DNA from: Paraphysomonas bandaiensis | Lineage: Eukaryota; Protista; Chrysophyceae | Reading direction: 5' to 3' | DNA: 64,000 nt | Assembly: GCA_965644295.1 (NCBI GenBank) | Contig: CBFFRP010000463.1 | Span: forward strand, 1 to 64,000 | Shown here: piece by piece, positions 8,001 through 22,201 of the stretch | How positions within the stretch are numbered: position 1 is the stretch's first letter | How the letters are laid out: the number at the start of each line of letters is the position of its first letter | Made by a program: the position numbers and the translations under genes | Notes under the pieces: model-generated | The model's input: the letters and a program-made list of their open reading frames with translations, nothing else | What the model was told of the DNA's origin: nothing | Database searches by the model: none

Positions 8001-11000
8001 TTAACTTCTAGCTATACCAGTGTTTCCAGTCGAACTAATATCAGTGGAAGGAAAAAGGGTTTGAAGTAGATCTGGACATCGGTCTAGATTTCCAGTTGCT
8101 TGTCGAGTCACAACCCACAGCTTTCCTTTTCGCGTCGCAGCCGAAAAGTAACCGCCATTGTCTACTGCTTTGATAACTTGGTTGAGAATTTCTATTGCCT
8201 CGCGTACCGCATTCGTAAGTTCCGGACAAACTTTACATAGCTTAGAATCGAACCCCGCTCCCAGTGGCGGGGGCGCATCAAGGTAAAATGCGTACACATT
8301 CAGTAAACTCTTCCACAATTCCTCAATTTGGGGTTGCTCCACCAGAGATGCCATTTGAGCAACAAACACCTATGGAATATATAAGATGACGGAGTTCTAC
8401 ATAAGCAGTTATACCGTAGCGAGAGTGTGATGAATTCTACTTGTTATAGATATTCTCGACGACGAAATGATTGAACTATCTTCACTGTTTGCAGCTGCAA
8501 ATTCACTCGGCTGTTCGTCCTGACTACTGGACCACGTGCCATCCCTCACCGACTGTACAAGGTCTTGTCCCAACCACTTTGCAGCCGGGATTACGAGGTT
8601 AAGAAGAATATTCGCTAGCACTTCAGCAGGTACCGCAGACGCATGTCTATCAGTTATCGCGATACACAACGCGTCTACTGCACAGCTTCTTACATCTCGT
8701 CTTCCATCTCTCACTCCCTCGCACACAGCCCGGAGAATAGGAACCCAGCAACTCTGATTTCAAAGAATGGTAAGACAATTGGAGCATGTCTACAACTCAC
8801 TTACTTCCCAGAGAGCAGGGGTATCTTCACAATCTGATCCAGCAGGAGGATCGCGACCATCCTTCACAAGTACCTGTCCATACATTACGAACGAACAAAC
8901 AGGATACTATAGGTATACATCAAGTCTACTGTGTAAGTGTAATAACAGTCTGATGGCCCCGGTCGCTACTGTGCGCGGAGCGTTCTGATTGCTTAACAGT
9001 GGTCGCACTGCTTGTACGCAGAATACAGGAACTTCTGCTCTCAGACTGGGCTCGTGAATCAGCCACGCCATGCACTGCAGTACAAAGGCATCAGTACATT
9101 TCTGAGTCAGCCACACAAACCTCGAAAGACTTCATTGCAGCAAATGCACCTCCTCGAGCAGCCACTGCTATCACGTCGAATAACCCTTGCCATTGATCTA
9201 AGTGTAGATTCGGTAGAACCAACACATTCTGTGTCAACATGACCCACATCCCAGAAGCAATCTAAAAAAAATTAAAAAATACATCTCAACACATATTTTT
9301 GCGAAGTACCTGCCCACTTATTTCCATTAGAATCATGTCTCTCGTACTTCTGACTGCATTAGCGGTATTACAGGTACTTGACTTCAGCTCTTGACCAGAG
9401 TTCGCTCTCTCCCCAAACAACGTGGACAAAAGATTGATAATCCGACCACAGAGCTGAGGTCTTGAAAGCATTCTTGTCGCGATTTTAAATATTCCTAAAA
9501 CTCGCCTAATTACAACATTAGAGCGTACATAAATAAAACTTCAAATTCAACCTATCTATTGAGTGAACCAGTATTACTTGTTTCTCTCCGTCAGAGGAAT
9601 TAGAATCGGAGGTATTAAGGCCGCACATTTCTTCATCCATAGAAAAAGCGCGTACGTAATGCTGTGCTATAATGTTCCATATTGCTGTCATACGGTCTCG
9701 ATTTCGCAGAGCAGCTTCAACTAAAACCATCTCCAACCATGCAGAACTCGCCTCAGTAGGGGGCGGAAAAGATCCCAACACTTGTTGGACAAATCCTTCC
9801 AAGTCTTTTATACCTCTAGCACCATCACTGATAACAAGATCTTTCTCCTGGTCATTATTCTCAGACGAAGCTGACGCATCACGTTTCCTCGTACTGTCAT
9901 GCTGGGTTAAATCAATGCTACCTCGCTCACCAGAAACAACTGTGCGTTCAGCCGCTGTGCACAACTCTTTGAAGAATAGAACTACACAATTTTCTGTCAA
10001 AAACTTCGAATCCGAAATTATTTGTTCAATATTGACTTCAACCATTAGTTTTCTACACACATAATACCATTACAAATAGTAAATATGCACTCTATCGGTT
10101 ACCTCAATTGCAGTATAGTCAACCTTCCGAGATGTTGAATATAGTCATCATATCCTTCTTCTTCCACCACATCAACGGGAATAGGAGGCGGACAGAATTC
10201 AATATAGTTCACATTGTTGATAAAATCCTGTGCAGATTCACTATCGTGAGGATATCCTGCATTCCACCTGCCAGATTCCATTGATTGTACACCCTCATGT
10301 GTGGTTTTCATCTTTAACTCTCTTCGTAAAAGAATTTCAGTCTCTGACATAGCCCCAGAACTTTCGGATGAGCCGAATAGTGCTTCTCCTATTCCTTGAA
10401 ATGAAAGCACAGAACTTTTCGTCAATAACTTTAGTTGGGCCAACAAACTAGCTTCTCTTTGATTTGCCAGCTCTTGCGCACGTGACATGGCCATACGGTA
10501 CTCAAACTCTTCTCGAGCCTTCGGGTGCAGTAAATCCCCTGCCATATCTTCACCACAAACCATACCAGCAGGTAGAGCAGTCACATCCCGCATTATTCCC
10601 AGTGCATGCCACACGGTAGACCAACCGGTTGCGTCTAAATAGTGAGGCGAGCGCACAGCAATACGCATCAGGCACTGCAACGCAGTCATTGCCGGGGGGA
10701 AAGTCATGAGTCCAGTCAAAAACTCTGTGCTCACTCTGTACGTCAAGGAATCGTGAGACGAGTCCACTTTTTTCTCTAATACCATATTGTTCGGAATTTT
10801 TTCAACGAGAGGGATGCCCTCATGAAGATGTGCTATGCCAGCATTCAGTTCAATAGAAAGTGGACCAAGAGGCATCAGCGTTTTTACCATTGCATCAATC
10901 ATGTCTCCCTGTGCAGTGATATTAAGAGAAGAGCAGAAGTAGCACACGTACTAACCTTTGCAAGACCGGCAAAATCCGATAATAGCATTACCACAGCATT

Positions 11001-14000
11001 GACAACTGTGGACAAGTTATGAGAATGACATATCTTTGCTGCTAAAAGAAATAAGTCTCTTCCAGTATCGATATCAGCTTTGGAGGCACAAGGGCGTAAC
11101 AGTCGAGGCTGCTTTCGATCGGGACTGCTCGACGGTGGGGTCGGTAGCTCCTGTCTAATGAAAGGACTCATTGCCGCAGATATTATTGGCATCCACAAAC
11201 AGTCAACTAGTCCTGCATCCACTACCCAATGAGACTCATATATACAACCGGAAATATCAAGTGGGTTCTTATGGGATTCCGAGGTCAGCAAGTAATACGT
11301 ATTTTCATAAGCATTGACTAAAGAGGGGCGACGATTTTGAGCAGAACTTTTCGATTTACGAGACCCATTGGCAGCGGCCAGATCAACAGTTTCACCGGAG
11401 TCCGGAAGTGGAGAATCTGGATTACTATCAAGAGATGTGCACGTTCTAAAATGCTGCAAAAAGCATGAATATCTAACAGCGTAACACAAGAAATGTCTCA
11501 TATAATCCTTACGTGCAACACTTCTGGAGGAAATGACGTTGTTATCAGGAAGCCGTGAGAATTGTTAATATGCGTTTGAAGCTGTAAATCCATCCACATT
11601 TCAACTGTTAAGGTACCAGAAACATCATTCTTTTCCGTACGGAGGGGGTGGTCAGAAATCTGTGAATATATAGACTCCAAGAAATCCCTGCAAACAGCGG
11701 AAGTTAGCTTGGTGGAGTTAATAGTAGGTGTACAACACCGTGGCAAGTCTCTTGTTTGATTAACATCGCTTCCATAGTTGGTATTGTATCTAATAAATTG
11801 CTCTAGAGTCATTTTGCGATCAGCTCGAACATTCGGGTTGTGGCGATCAGTATTCAGCATGATGATAGAGAAAGTAAGTAAATACGTAACTTCTGCATTC
11901 TCCAATAGCCCGGATTGACCCTGTAACGCATATTACGCGCTGTGAGTGTACCGCATTGAGCACCTTACCTCTAAACATTGTGCGTGACAGTGCTCTGAAA
12001 ATGAAACCTGCAGAGAACGCTTAAATGAACAAAAGGATAACTTAACACAACTACTCACCAGAATTCTGTCAATTTGCTGGGCCTCACCGGGAAGCCTGAA
12101 AGCGGACAGGAATATCCTCATACAGTTTAATATGCCCTTACCACGGCGCACTGTTAGCACGAAATACTTAATAACGATGCTACTGAAGTACCTGGTTCGC
12201 AAGCTCAAAGCTTTTCACGTAGTGTCGAAGTACGTCCTTGTGAAAATCCTTCCTTTCCCACTCAAAAGTCGGTTTGTCTCGTCCTTCATCGCCGAGAAAT
12301 GAGCCAACTACATCTTTAGGGAGACCAGGACAAATGCGTAAAAATTTTGCAACAGAAAATGCCGTGAGTGGGTTATCGAGTGCTCCTATAACCAGGTTAA
12401 ATCTTTACAAGAGAACCATGCAAAATCATACCGTGTGATTGTAAAAATTGAAACGCCAGTTTCGGCTTTTCCACAAACCTAAATCATAGTCAGGACAACA
12501 ATTCGGGGGTCATACAGGCAGCTCACTTTGTTGCAGCTTCTCTTAGAAGCATTTTCGTCATTATATCAGCTCGGAGTTGGGCAGACACCGCATCTGGTGA
12601 ATACTTGTCGGCGCACATCAAAATGTCAGCATACTTGGAGCGATGTGTATGCCACATATTGACCCGAGCAGTGCTCGCAGATAAGTCTGCGCATCTACAC
12701 CCTATAGTTTCTGCTACCTGTAACAAGCACTGTACAACAATACCGGCAGCATTTTTCAGTGGTCCCAAAGCATGACGATTAGAAGTACGTCCGTCGTCAG
12801 GTGTGCTCAAGGCATAGCTTCAAAATACAACAATATGATCATAAAAGCGTGATGTCATTGGAACGCATGTACCTAGAACACTTTCCCAGGTATTGAAAGA
12901 GTGGCTTCACAACATCAGGCTTCCCAGCATCACAGTCAAATGACGCGTAGAGTGATGGAAGAAAGCCCGGCATGGCAACGAAGTCAAGAAGGAAGTCAAA
13001 TATCATCTCGAGCTCCTCAATGGAATACTTCGTTCTACCTGACGGTCCTGCAGTCAGTCCACCAGGTGGAGGTGTTGCACGATTCTCACGTACTCCACTT
13101 TGAATTTCATCCTAATCGATAGTGTGAAATATATAGAGTTGAAAATCCACGAGATACCATTTTTTCAAGTTGCGTGTTGAGCTGATGCAAGCTCTTCAAG
13201 AACACGTGCAGTGAGAAGCACTCCATTAGCACTTTCAATACGGGGCCAAATGAGGCATACAGGGTAGAAAAAAGTCCCAATATGTATTGGATAACAGCTG
13301 GAGAATAAGTATGTTTTGTGGTTAACAGAACTAAACATCGTCCGAGGTCATCTCGCACAAATGATGCCATAGGAGGACACCTATATTGAATAGATAAGAT
13401 CAATACAAACACATATTTCATCAACCTAAGTATGATATCCCGAGAATTTCCAATGTTTCCATCAGACCACAAAATTGCATGCAGTGTTTTGAGTGAAATT
13501 ATAAGCTCTTGCTCACTCTGCTCTATTTGCAGCAACGATGGTCTACCCTTTCCATCAGGAGTGGACTTCGAAGCGACACGGGATCCCGCGTTCGACGTGT
13601 CATCCGACACAAATTTCTCCAACACATTAACGAAATGTCCCATTATTTTCATGGCGCAAGGCATGCCAAAGCAAGCGTGCTCAACTGTACCCTCGCCTTC
13701 ACATGGCGGGGGTGATGACGGGGAAGACCCATTCTCTATCGGGCGGTGCGGTACAGCGAAAACAAACCTTACAGTGTCCAACAGGGTTTGCTCGGTCAAT
13801 TGGTAAAGCGCCGACTTCATCTTTTTACTTCCTACGATTGCAATATATTACGGAGAGTTTACACAATGTACACGACATGGCACCTAGATGTAGCAGTAAA
13901 GTGAAGCTTGCGTCAACTATATCCCACGCTGACTCGTCGGAAAGGTAATACCGCAGCGGACTACGAATAATATCCTGTAGAACCTGAACAATTTTAAGTT

Positions 14001-14542
14001 GCACCAGCTGATCTCCAGTTGCGTCAGTATGAACAAATCGACATCTACATTAAAAATGAACACACGATCAACATGCAACAGGCATAAATCTTGCCTGGCA
14101 ACAGCATCCACAACATCTCCAAGTGTATCAATTTTTCTATCACAACATCTTCCAATGATGTTACAACTGATAAAAGTGTGAATAGCATCCAATGCTAAAG
14201 TAATAAAAGGACCAGAAAGTTGAGGTACTCTTAATACGGATAAAAAAGGAGATAACACCCTTGCTGCATCAGTACACTCTGTACAGTAGAGAATAAGATA
14301 AAAAATAAATATGGCATAAATGAAATCACCTTCGCATCCTCTCAGCTCCGAGCGTAGAGTGTCCAATGAAGTTAAAATGGAGTTACCCTAAAACAAATTG
14401 ATATAAGGTCAGAGTATATCCTTAGCCAGAGAGAATAAAAAGATCTAACCTCTTTGAAGGATTCCAACCAAACACGAGATTTGCGAAAGAGACACAGAGT
14501 TATTCGTATCTTTTCCAATACTACGTGTTTGGTACTCGACAT
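8001..14542 (-). CDS. GBF1: Large Sec7-domain ARF guanine-nucleotide exchange factor (GBF1/GNOM type), multi-exon
   Basis: Sec7 motifs FRLPGEAQQIDRI and YLLTFSIIMLNTDRHNPNVRADRKMTLEQF. N-terminal DCB (LSPFLSVLRVPQLSGPFIT.AL). HDS-like LEMVLVEAALRNRDR and DGRRDVRSCAVDAL. The 3' end is uncertain and may extend to ~7854. Confidence 0.9.
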
Positions 14543-14833
14543 AGCAAACAGAACAATATTTCCCGAATTGTTAATCCTGTGATATCGCCCAAGTGTCGGG
14601 TGTTGGGACTATGAATTTAAACTGAGATATGTCGTTTAACTCTTTGACTAATTCGCACTGTATGAACTGAAGCAATTTCGACTACGGATATAGAGGCTCT
14701 ATTCCAAGGGGGTTGATATGGAGAATAGATTAAGACAGACCAAAACCTGAGATCTATCTCACATTGTAATTAATTGGCATGACGAAAGATGAAAGTGGAA
14801 TGACTGTGTATTCTTGTAGTATACCAATATACC

Positions 14834-15328
14834 ACATACATACATACATACATACATACAGCAGTACATACATACATACATAACTGCATACATACATACA
14901 TACATACATACATACATACATACATACATACATACATACATACATACATACATACATACATACATACATACATACATACATACATACATACAGCAGTACA
15001 TACATACATACATAACTGCATGCACACATACATACATACATACATACATACAACATACATACATACATACATACATACATACATACATACATACATACAT
15101 ACATACATACATACATACATACATACATACATACATACATACATACATACATACATACATACATACATACATACATACATACATACATACGTACATACAT
15201 ACGTACATACATACATACATACAAACATACATACATAATACATACATACATACATACATACATACATACATACATACATACATACATACATACATACATA
15301 CATACATAGATACATACATACATACATA
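14834..15328. repeat. (TACA)n microsatellite, ~0.5 kb, between the divergent GBF1 and CCDC57 starts
   Basis: Direct sequence. The interruption block cagcagtaca..taactgcat occurs twice (~14859 and ~14991). Confidence 0.98.
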
Positions 15329-15708
15329 TACTACGGATCGTGTATATCTCACTCCATTTCAAAAATCAAATGCCACTATGATCTAATTGGATAACTGAAT
15401 ATGCAGCAGCATACAGTGATGCATATAATAATTGTTATATTGAGTCCACCAATGTCTGTGTAGTGCATTACATGCGTTGCCCTGCTCCATATATCACACT
15501 ATATATGTAGTAGTAGTAGCGCTGAGTGTCCACAGTCGAGTGTTCTGCCGTGCGCTATCTAGTGTATCATTTATCTCTGTTGAACTCTTTTTTCGCAGTG
15601 GACTAATAGCCTTTAGAATCTCGAACATATCTCATATCTCCATCCTGAGAATTCACAATCTTTATGTTACTCGAAAGGTGTTAAGTGTCTCAAAATCCTT
15701 GTGTTAGG

Positions 15709-18672
15709 ATGTCATCAGACATTACCTTTCGAGATATCACAGAAATGGTGCGGGAAAAGGAACGTGAATTACACGAGGCTCACGAAATGAGATGTCTTCA
15801 GCTTGAGAGCGTAAGATTCTTGACGCATTCTTTTGAGCTTGTAATCTATATGTAGATTATTGAGGACCGCGAGAAACTACTCAGTGAAGCCACAAGAAAG
15901 TTTGGGTTGTTGAAAGATGATTTCCAGTACAATCTCACCCTTTTGGAGGCCAGGGATTCGGAAATATCAAGATTGACTCAAAGTGAAATAGCATTGAAGA
16001 ACGAACTTGACTCCAAAGAAGCAGAATGCACGGCATTATCGAAACGGTTGGAATCCATGCAAGCCAAAGAAATTGATAGAATCGAGCAATCCAACGAGTA
16101 CAAGGCCCGAACCAAGGTAACATGATTATAACAGAAAGTGTCCTCAATTTATAATACTTTCAGCAAATGCTCCACGAACTTCAGGAGGAAATAGAAGCCA
16201 TACGATGGTCAACTGCAGATGACATAGGAAGCAAGACAAGGGAGGTGGAGCACCTCAAGAGCGAGGTTCGTAGATTGCAACGGGAACGTGATGATGCCCT
16301 AGAAGAGCAGCGAGTCGAGCTCACCAATACTTATGAAGATATACTTCAGTCTCGTGAACAATCATTTTTAGGAAAAGAGTCCGAAATCGCGGAGCAAGTG
16401 AGTACACTGGAAAAACGTTTCACTGCTCTTACCACAGAGAACACCCGACTCAAAAGCGAGCTCGCTAATGCCAATCGTAGTTGTGAAAAGGCAGTTGCCA
16501 CTATTGCTGCTAAAGAAGAGCGGTGCGTTCAACTGGAATGGGCTTTGACAGACGCTGATAGAGAAAGGCGAGAATCAGAGGATGACCTACACCGTCGTCT
16601 ACAGAAGGCACGCTGCTATGTGTTTAAGTCTTTCTGTAATATTATTTCGACCAGATGCAGTCTGAGTTAAGTTCTAGCGAAAGTTCCGTGGAACAGATAA
16701 CTGCGGACTACAGGAGAGACATTGAAAAGGTAAGAGTAGGACCTATGTAGTAGGTTGGTTGACTTCAGCTTCAGGTGAAAAGCGAATTGAAGCGCGACAA
16801 GGAATACGCTGCACTTAAGATCCGCCACTGGGAGGACTTACATCGGCGTAGTGAGGAGGAGACGCTGAGACTGGAGGGAGAGGTATCAGAACTGGAGGGT
16901 CGGGAAGCCGCCTTACGGAGGGATCTCGCAACTGCAGAGAGTACAGTCACGAGATTGACTGCGAGGGAGACGGAACTTATCGGTCAACTCAAGGATGTCG
17001 TTTCTCGTGAGGAGCAATTCCGTGGACGTGCGGAGACATTGCAGATTGAGTTGAATAGCGCCCAAACAGAGATTAGTAGGTTACAGGAACAACTCAATAA
17101 TGCCGAACAAGCTGTCAGCGAGGCCCGAGCAAATACAGCTGAACAGTTGAAAGTCACAGCTGCGCATAACCAAGAGTTAGCAAAACACCAGGAAGATATG
17201 CGGGCCGCGGAAGTGGAGATGATGCGAGCACAGATAGAGGCTGAGTTTATTACTCGTCAGGATCAATTCGAGTCGAAGTTACACGCCGATCTAGATACTG
17301 CAAGAGCTCGATTGCAGGAAAGTGAAGAAGCGAGAGAACAGTTACAGCAAGAGTTGGACAAGCAGAGAAAGATTGCCGACGATGAGAGAGCAGAAGGAGA
17401 TGCTTTAAGACTACGACTACGACTGCAGGGTGAAAATCCGGGACAAGGTACATTCGGACATTCTGGAGCCCATCAGGTGATGCATGGCGTTGCTGCTGCT
17501 TCTCCTATGTTTTCTGAAGACATGGGACCTGTGTCAGTACCGGTCTCACCGGGGTCACCACTTACACAACATGGAAGAGTGATGTCTAATAACCGTCAGG
17601 TGTTCTATATGCTGTTTAGTTAATGCCACATATTAGACCGAGTGATTTCTTTTTATAGTTCTCATCTTGGTCCCCGCAGCCACAAAACTCTCATGGAATG
17701 CAGACTAGCGATGACCTCCCTTACAAGTTTCCAGATGGGTCCTACATGCGAAAGCCACAGAGACACGACGATGGCCATGCGAGTGCTGATAGTGCTTTCG
17801 AAATGGAATCTTTTGAGCGGGAAAACAAACGACTCAAAGCTGCCATTCGCGAGGTTAGTGAACCTCGTCAACTGAAAGTATTAAAGCTATGTTACTTGTC
17901 AGATGCGTCGCGATGCAGAATCACTTCAGTTTGAAACCGAAAGAGCTCTGGCGGAGGTAGCTAAAGTTTAATATCGGTATTGTCACTGCTAACCTATTAT
18001 AATCTACCTTACAGAAAGCCGTCGCTGATACAAGGGTTTCGGAACTTGAGGTAGGTTATCAGTGAGCTACAACAACTGAAGCAGCTGTCCACCTTATTAG
18101 TGGCTTTGACAGGGGCGATTGCAGCACGCAGCGGCGGAAGTAAACCGCTTGCGTCAAGAGCGTCGTCGTCTCATGGACGTCAGCAATGAGTTACGGGCAG
18201 CATTGCACAAGGTAACAATTTTGTTTTTCGGCTTGATATTTTTATCAGTATTCGTAGTGCAAAATGGAAATGGCTGCTTCTAGTAAGGAGTCCAATGTGG
18301 ATACGGGGTCAGGGCGCCCTCATTCCAGTGCTGAAGAGTAAGTTAGGCGCGATATGAAGTTTCTCATAACAATGATAATTTAGGCGGACTCAAAATGATG
18401 ACAATACCACACAGGGAGAAGATAGAGTGGAAAACGATAGTAATTATACCTCTACAGCCGTGCCACTTGGAGGATATGGTCTGTACACGAGGCCGCTGAA
18501 AGGGCGCGCCACTGATCGTGAAACACCAAGTCAACAAGCGGCTCTACAGAAATTGAAGGAAAAATCGACGAGACCATCAACGACATGTTCTATACCCAAA
18601 CACGGTCGCTCCGCGGGACCACCCAGAAAGGTTGTAAATTACTCAAGTGAAAATAATTTTGAATCTTTATAA
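15709..18672 (+). CDS. CCDC57: Coiled-coil centriolar protein CCDC57-like, multi-exon
   Basis: N-terminal KFGLLKDDFQYNLTLLEARDSEISR resembles the conserved CCDC57 L.EDF.YNL..L.ERD.EL motif. Long coiled coil, ENKRLKAAIREM and LRQERRRLMDVSNELRA motifs. Confidence 0.75.
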
Positions 18673-19149
18673 CTGTAGCTTTAAACTTTTGTTGGTTCTT
18701 TATTTGTCTTCAATAACTTAGCACTTCGTGGTTTATAATATTTAATTCCGTTAGAAATCTAACTCATTGTGTCATATTCGCTGTCATCACTCATTTTACA
18801 GTTGTTGGACAATATCATTATTTAAAGAGGGTCACTTATGACACGCACAGTTGTGTTCCCTCCAAAAACTTAATTTAAATATCACATGACGGTGCTTATC
18901 TATATTAGCATGCAATTAGTCATGCTGATCGGGTAGTAAATTCCTAACTCAGACAGTAGAAAGTGGTACATACAAGGTTACGTAAAGAGAGTTCAATAAT
19001 AGTAATATCGAAGTGCAAATCTGGAAATAAAAAATATACCAGGAATAGGAAACCATATATTGTATTGATCGACAGGTTAGAAAAGCTATAGCAATATTGT
19101 GGATTGTGGGATGCTGGCTAACACTTAACAGTACGCTGCAATAATAGCG

Positions 19150-20143
19150 CATACTCCTGACATGGGACAAAACCCGGTCTAAACCTGAACAATGCCACAT
19201 GCTCCGACTGTGGCTTTCGACTTGACTCTCTCAAACATATGTGTCTTGATATTGTTCACATGACTCCATCTCACAGATACGAGAATCCGCCTTTCAGAAA
19301 CACAAGGAGAGACCCCGGGAACTTCAACGAGACCCGACCCTACCAACTTGGAGTGCCGTCATTCTCAAGAGGCTCTCCAGGAGAGAATGGAATACCTAAA
19401 TACCGCAATTTGAGCGATTCTGGAGGAGGACTATTTTTGAGGCCCAGCTGGAGATTGTGCTTTGAGTACTATAGTGCCGAATGTGCTTTAAAAACTCGCA
19501 AGGACTTTGTACTCTAGAAATAGCCAGCCACTTTATGCTGCCACCAAACAAATGATTCAAGTCCACAGTCGCCACTAAATTACCACACCCAAAGGGCCAC
19601 ATAGACTCCCCCAGTACACTTCGGAAAAGTAGCAACACACGACGGAAACCGCGGGCACTTCGCTTACTGAGTGTAACCAGAAAACCTACTACACTAATAG
19701 TCTCTCACCCACAGCCCCTGCGCCGCCTCTTCCAGCTATTCCTTTGCCCCAGGCCCAACTCACCATCTCCAGACACGTTGGAGCCCCAATTCACCCTCTC
19801 GCCCATGTATCTCAGTCTAGGAACACTCGACTTATTAATTCAGAATCCTATACCCCCCAAGCCCTGCAAAGCCCTACACTAAAGGACGCCCCTCTGACTA
19901 ACCCCATCTGCACTTCAAGAGCTAGTCCATAGAGAGAGCTTCTCCCTCACATACAAGAGCGGAAGTGGTCGCACCTTGGTGCTTGCGGCGACGCATAAGC
20001 AGCTTTTGTAGCGTTATATAGTAGGGTATATGAGAATTTGTACAAGTTAGTTACAGGTAGACGTCTATCTAGCTAGACTAGTTTCATCTGGCTGCTATTC
20101 TGGTGCATATTCTTATCGCCTATTGCTAATGATAAGACTTTCT
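19150..20143 (+). mobile_element. Decayed 5'-truncated non-LTR retrotransposon (LINE) 3' end
   Basis: Reading through stops and one frameshift gives HGTKPGLNLNNATCSDCGFRLDSLKHMCLD/CSH, a CCHC finger typical of LINE ORF2 C-termini, then FERFWRRT. The 3' UTR (19960-20143) carries the same stem-loop and cgcctattgctaat end as the SINE-like family. Confidence 0.65.
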
Positions 20144-21151
20144 TATATACTGCAATATATTGCAAATTGTAAACAATATGAACTGGTATCTGTATGTAAA
20201 TACGCAATGTATTGCTGAAATGGGTGTGGAAAGTCTCGATTTCCTATTTTATCTTGCTATTTTACTTTCCTTTCTTCTTGAATATCGTAACATAACTGCT
20301 TCCTTTAAAGACAGGGTATATGGAGGCAATACATGTCAGCTGAAGTATGATGATAATCGATATCAATAATTCACGTTATTATGTACCTGTAAGTCAGCAC
20401 TACTCCTTCCATTACTGCCCTGCAGTGTACTGTAGGTAGACATTATCTTATTTAACGTTATGGTATACCAACGACAATAATAACAAATTAATTCTCAGTG
20501 GTAATAATTAGTGGTCGGAACTCCTTTGCATGAAGACATTGAATGGAGCCATTGCAGGTATCGCATTGTGCCTCGCTTGATGGCGGTATATGAGATTTGT
20601 TGAGTTCTGCAGTATGATGCGAAATTATTGTGGAATTGAAGTGGCTTAACAGTGTGCAATAGGTGAAATCAACTCATGCGTGTAACGAGTGAAAATAGTT
20701 ACAAGGAAAAAACTCAGTTAATGATGTGTGACTATGTCAGTGTTTAGATTAATAATTATAATTTCTTACTTGAAAGTGCATTGTCATCAACAAAGCAAGG
20801 TTAAAGTTTAAGTGTAGAGCAAGATAACTTCAGTGAAATGTTCAATTCTAACAAGATTATTTCACCATATATTTTATCGGGAATGTTAAGCACGTTTCTT
20901 CATTCGGTATCAACTTGGTTGAAGTTATAGCCCTAATTCGTGTAGCATTTACTGTAGACAACCGAGGATCTTAGAGCTGCACTTTTTACCAAGCACAAAG
21001 TTACTTGCATTGGGAGATGAATATGAATATACATTGATAGGTATTCAACATCATTCTCTTCTATTCCAACATAGCCACTCATTATATAGCGAACCACACA
21101 GTACTAATTGATATCACACATAATCATATATAATTATTTATAGTAACCGCA

Positions 21152-21769
21152 TCACCGCATGTAGAAATAGACAACTACGAATATGATAAGAGTTACTACC
21201 ATTCCACCATACACTAACAACTTATCATAATAATCTCGCTGTTCTACTGATCTCATTATTGTGTTTGATATTCCTAAAAGGTTTAATATATCGAAGACCT
21301 TGGTTTGAACTCCTTTCAAGCGTTCTTTCTGCGATATCAACTCGGATAAGGTTTCTCTACCGCTCTGAATATATTCGTTCATCATCGCACCAGAACGCCC
21401 AAGTGAAGAGTTCTCTGCCATTTCAAGATCAACTAGTTCTGGATCTCTTGTAGTTTTATTTCCAAACAATTCCTGTTTCTGTAGGTCAATATTCTTGTGC
21501 AGCTGTCTCCGCTCAAAGTTCTCAAAAGATGATTTAATGTGGTAATAAGTCTTCCTCAAATGATCCACACGACGAAGCATGTCAGCACGAAAAGACTTTG
21601 ATTCCTTGGCAGCCATTTTCTCTAAAGCATCAAGTCGTGGAGCCATTTCTTGTATACCTATCTTGACATCAGAGGTGTATATAGTGGTTATGCCTCTCTC
21701 TATCTCAGATAACTGCAATTCCAAGTCGTGCAGTCGTCTTTTTTCTTCTTGCAGTAACTCGGATAGCAT
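21152..21769 (-). CDS. GOSR2: Golgi Qb-SNARE membrin / GOSR2 (Bos1)
   Basis: Intronless. SNARE motif ENSSLGRSGAMMNEYIQSGRETLSELISQKERLKGVQTKVFDILNLLGISNTIMRSVEQRDYYDK followed by a C-terminal TM helix. Confidence 0.9.
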   Translation of the reverse strand: MLSELLQEEKRRLHDLELQLSEIERGITTIYTSDVKIGIQEMAPRLDALEKMAAKESKSFRADMLRRVDHLRKTYYHIKSSFENFERRQLHKNIDLQKQELFGNKTTRDPELVDLEMAENSSLGRSGAMMNEYIQSGRETLSELISQKERLKGVQTKVFDILNLLGISNTIMRSVEQRDYYDKLLVYGGMVVTLIIFVVVYFYMR

Positions 21770-22201
21770 ATCTCCTTGATACGTTTCTTGAAATATAACT
21801 CGTTGCTGTGATGTTACCCTCCCAGGTGATCTGAATGCATTGGGCTTTCCACACACTCTATACGTCGTATCACCTACTCTGTATCTACACGGTATACCAC
21901 ATTGTGCAGGTCAAGACCAAGCAAGGTACACAATGGATAACACGCACCGTATACAGTGTATTCTCTACATCCTTCATATACAGCAGGAGCTGACCAGTGT
22001 TTGTATACCATATACAGCAGTAGGCATACTGTTCCATAATGGGGTGTACTATACTATGCCCCCATGGTGGCATGATATATCAATCAGCACTGTGTAAGCA
22101 TCAACAAATACATATCCCAATACATTCCTTCACCTTATATATATTCCTGCCACAAACCCCGCCATATCTATGTTTATATATTAAAAGCAGTAGTTTATAG
22201 A

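Noticed and set aside
14754-15362. Long ORFs in several frames (MYVC/YIHT repeats)
   Set aside because: Artefacts of the stop-free (TACA)n microsatellite.
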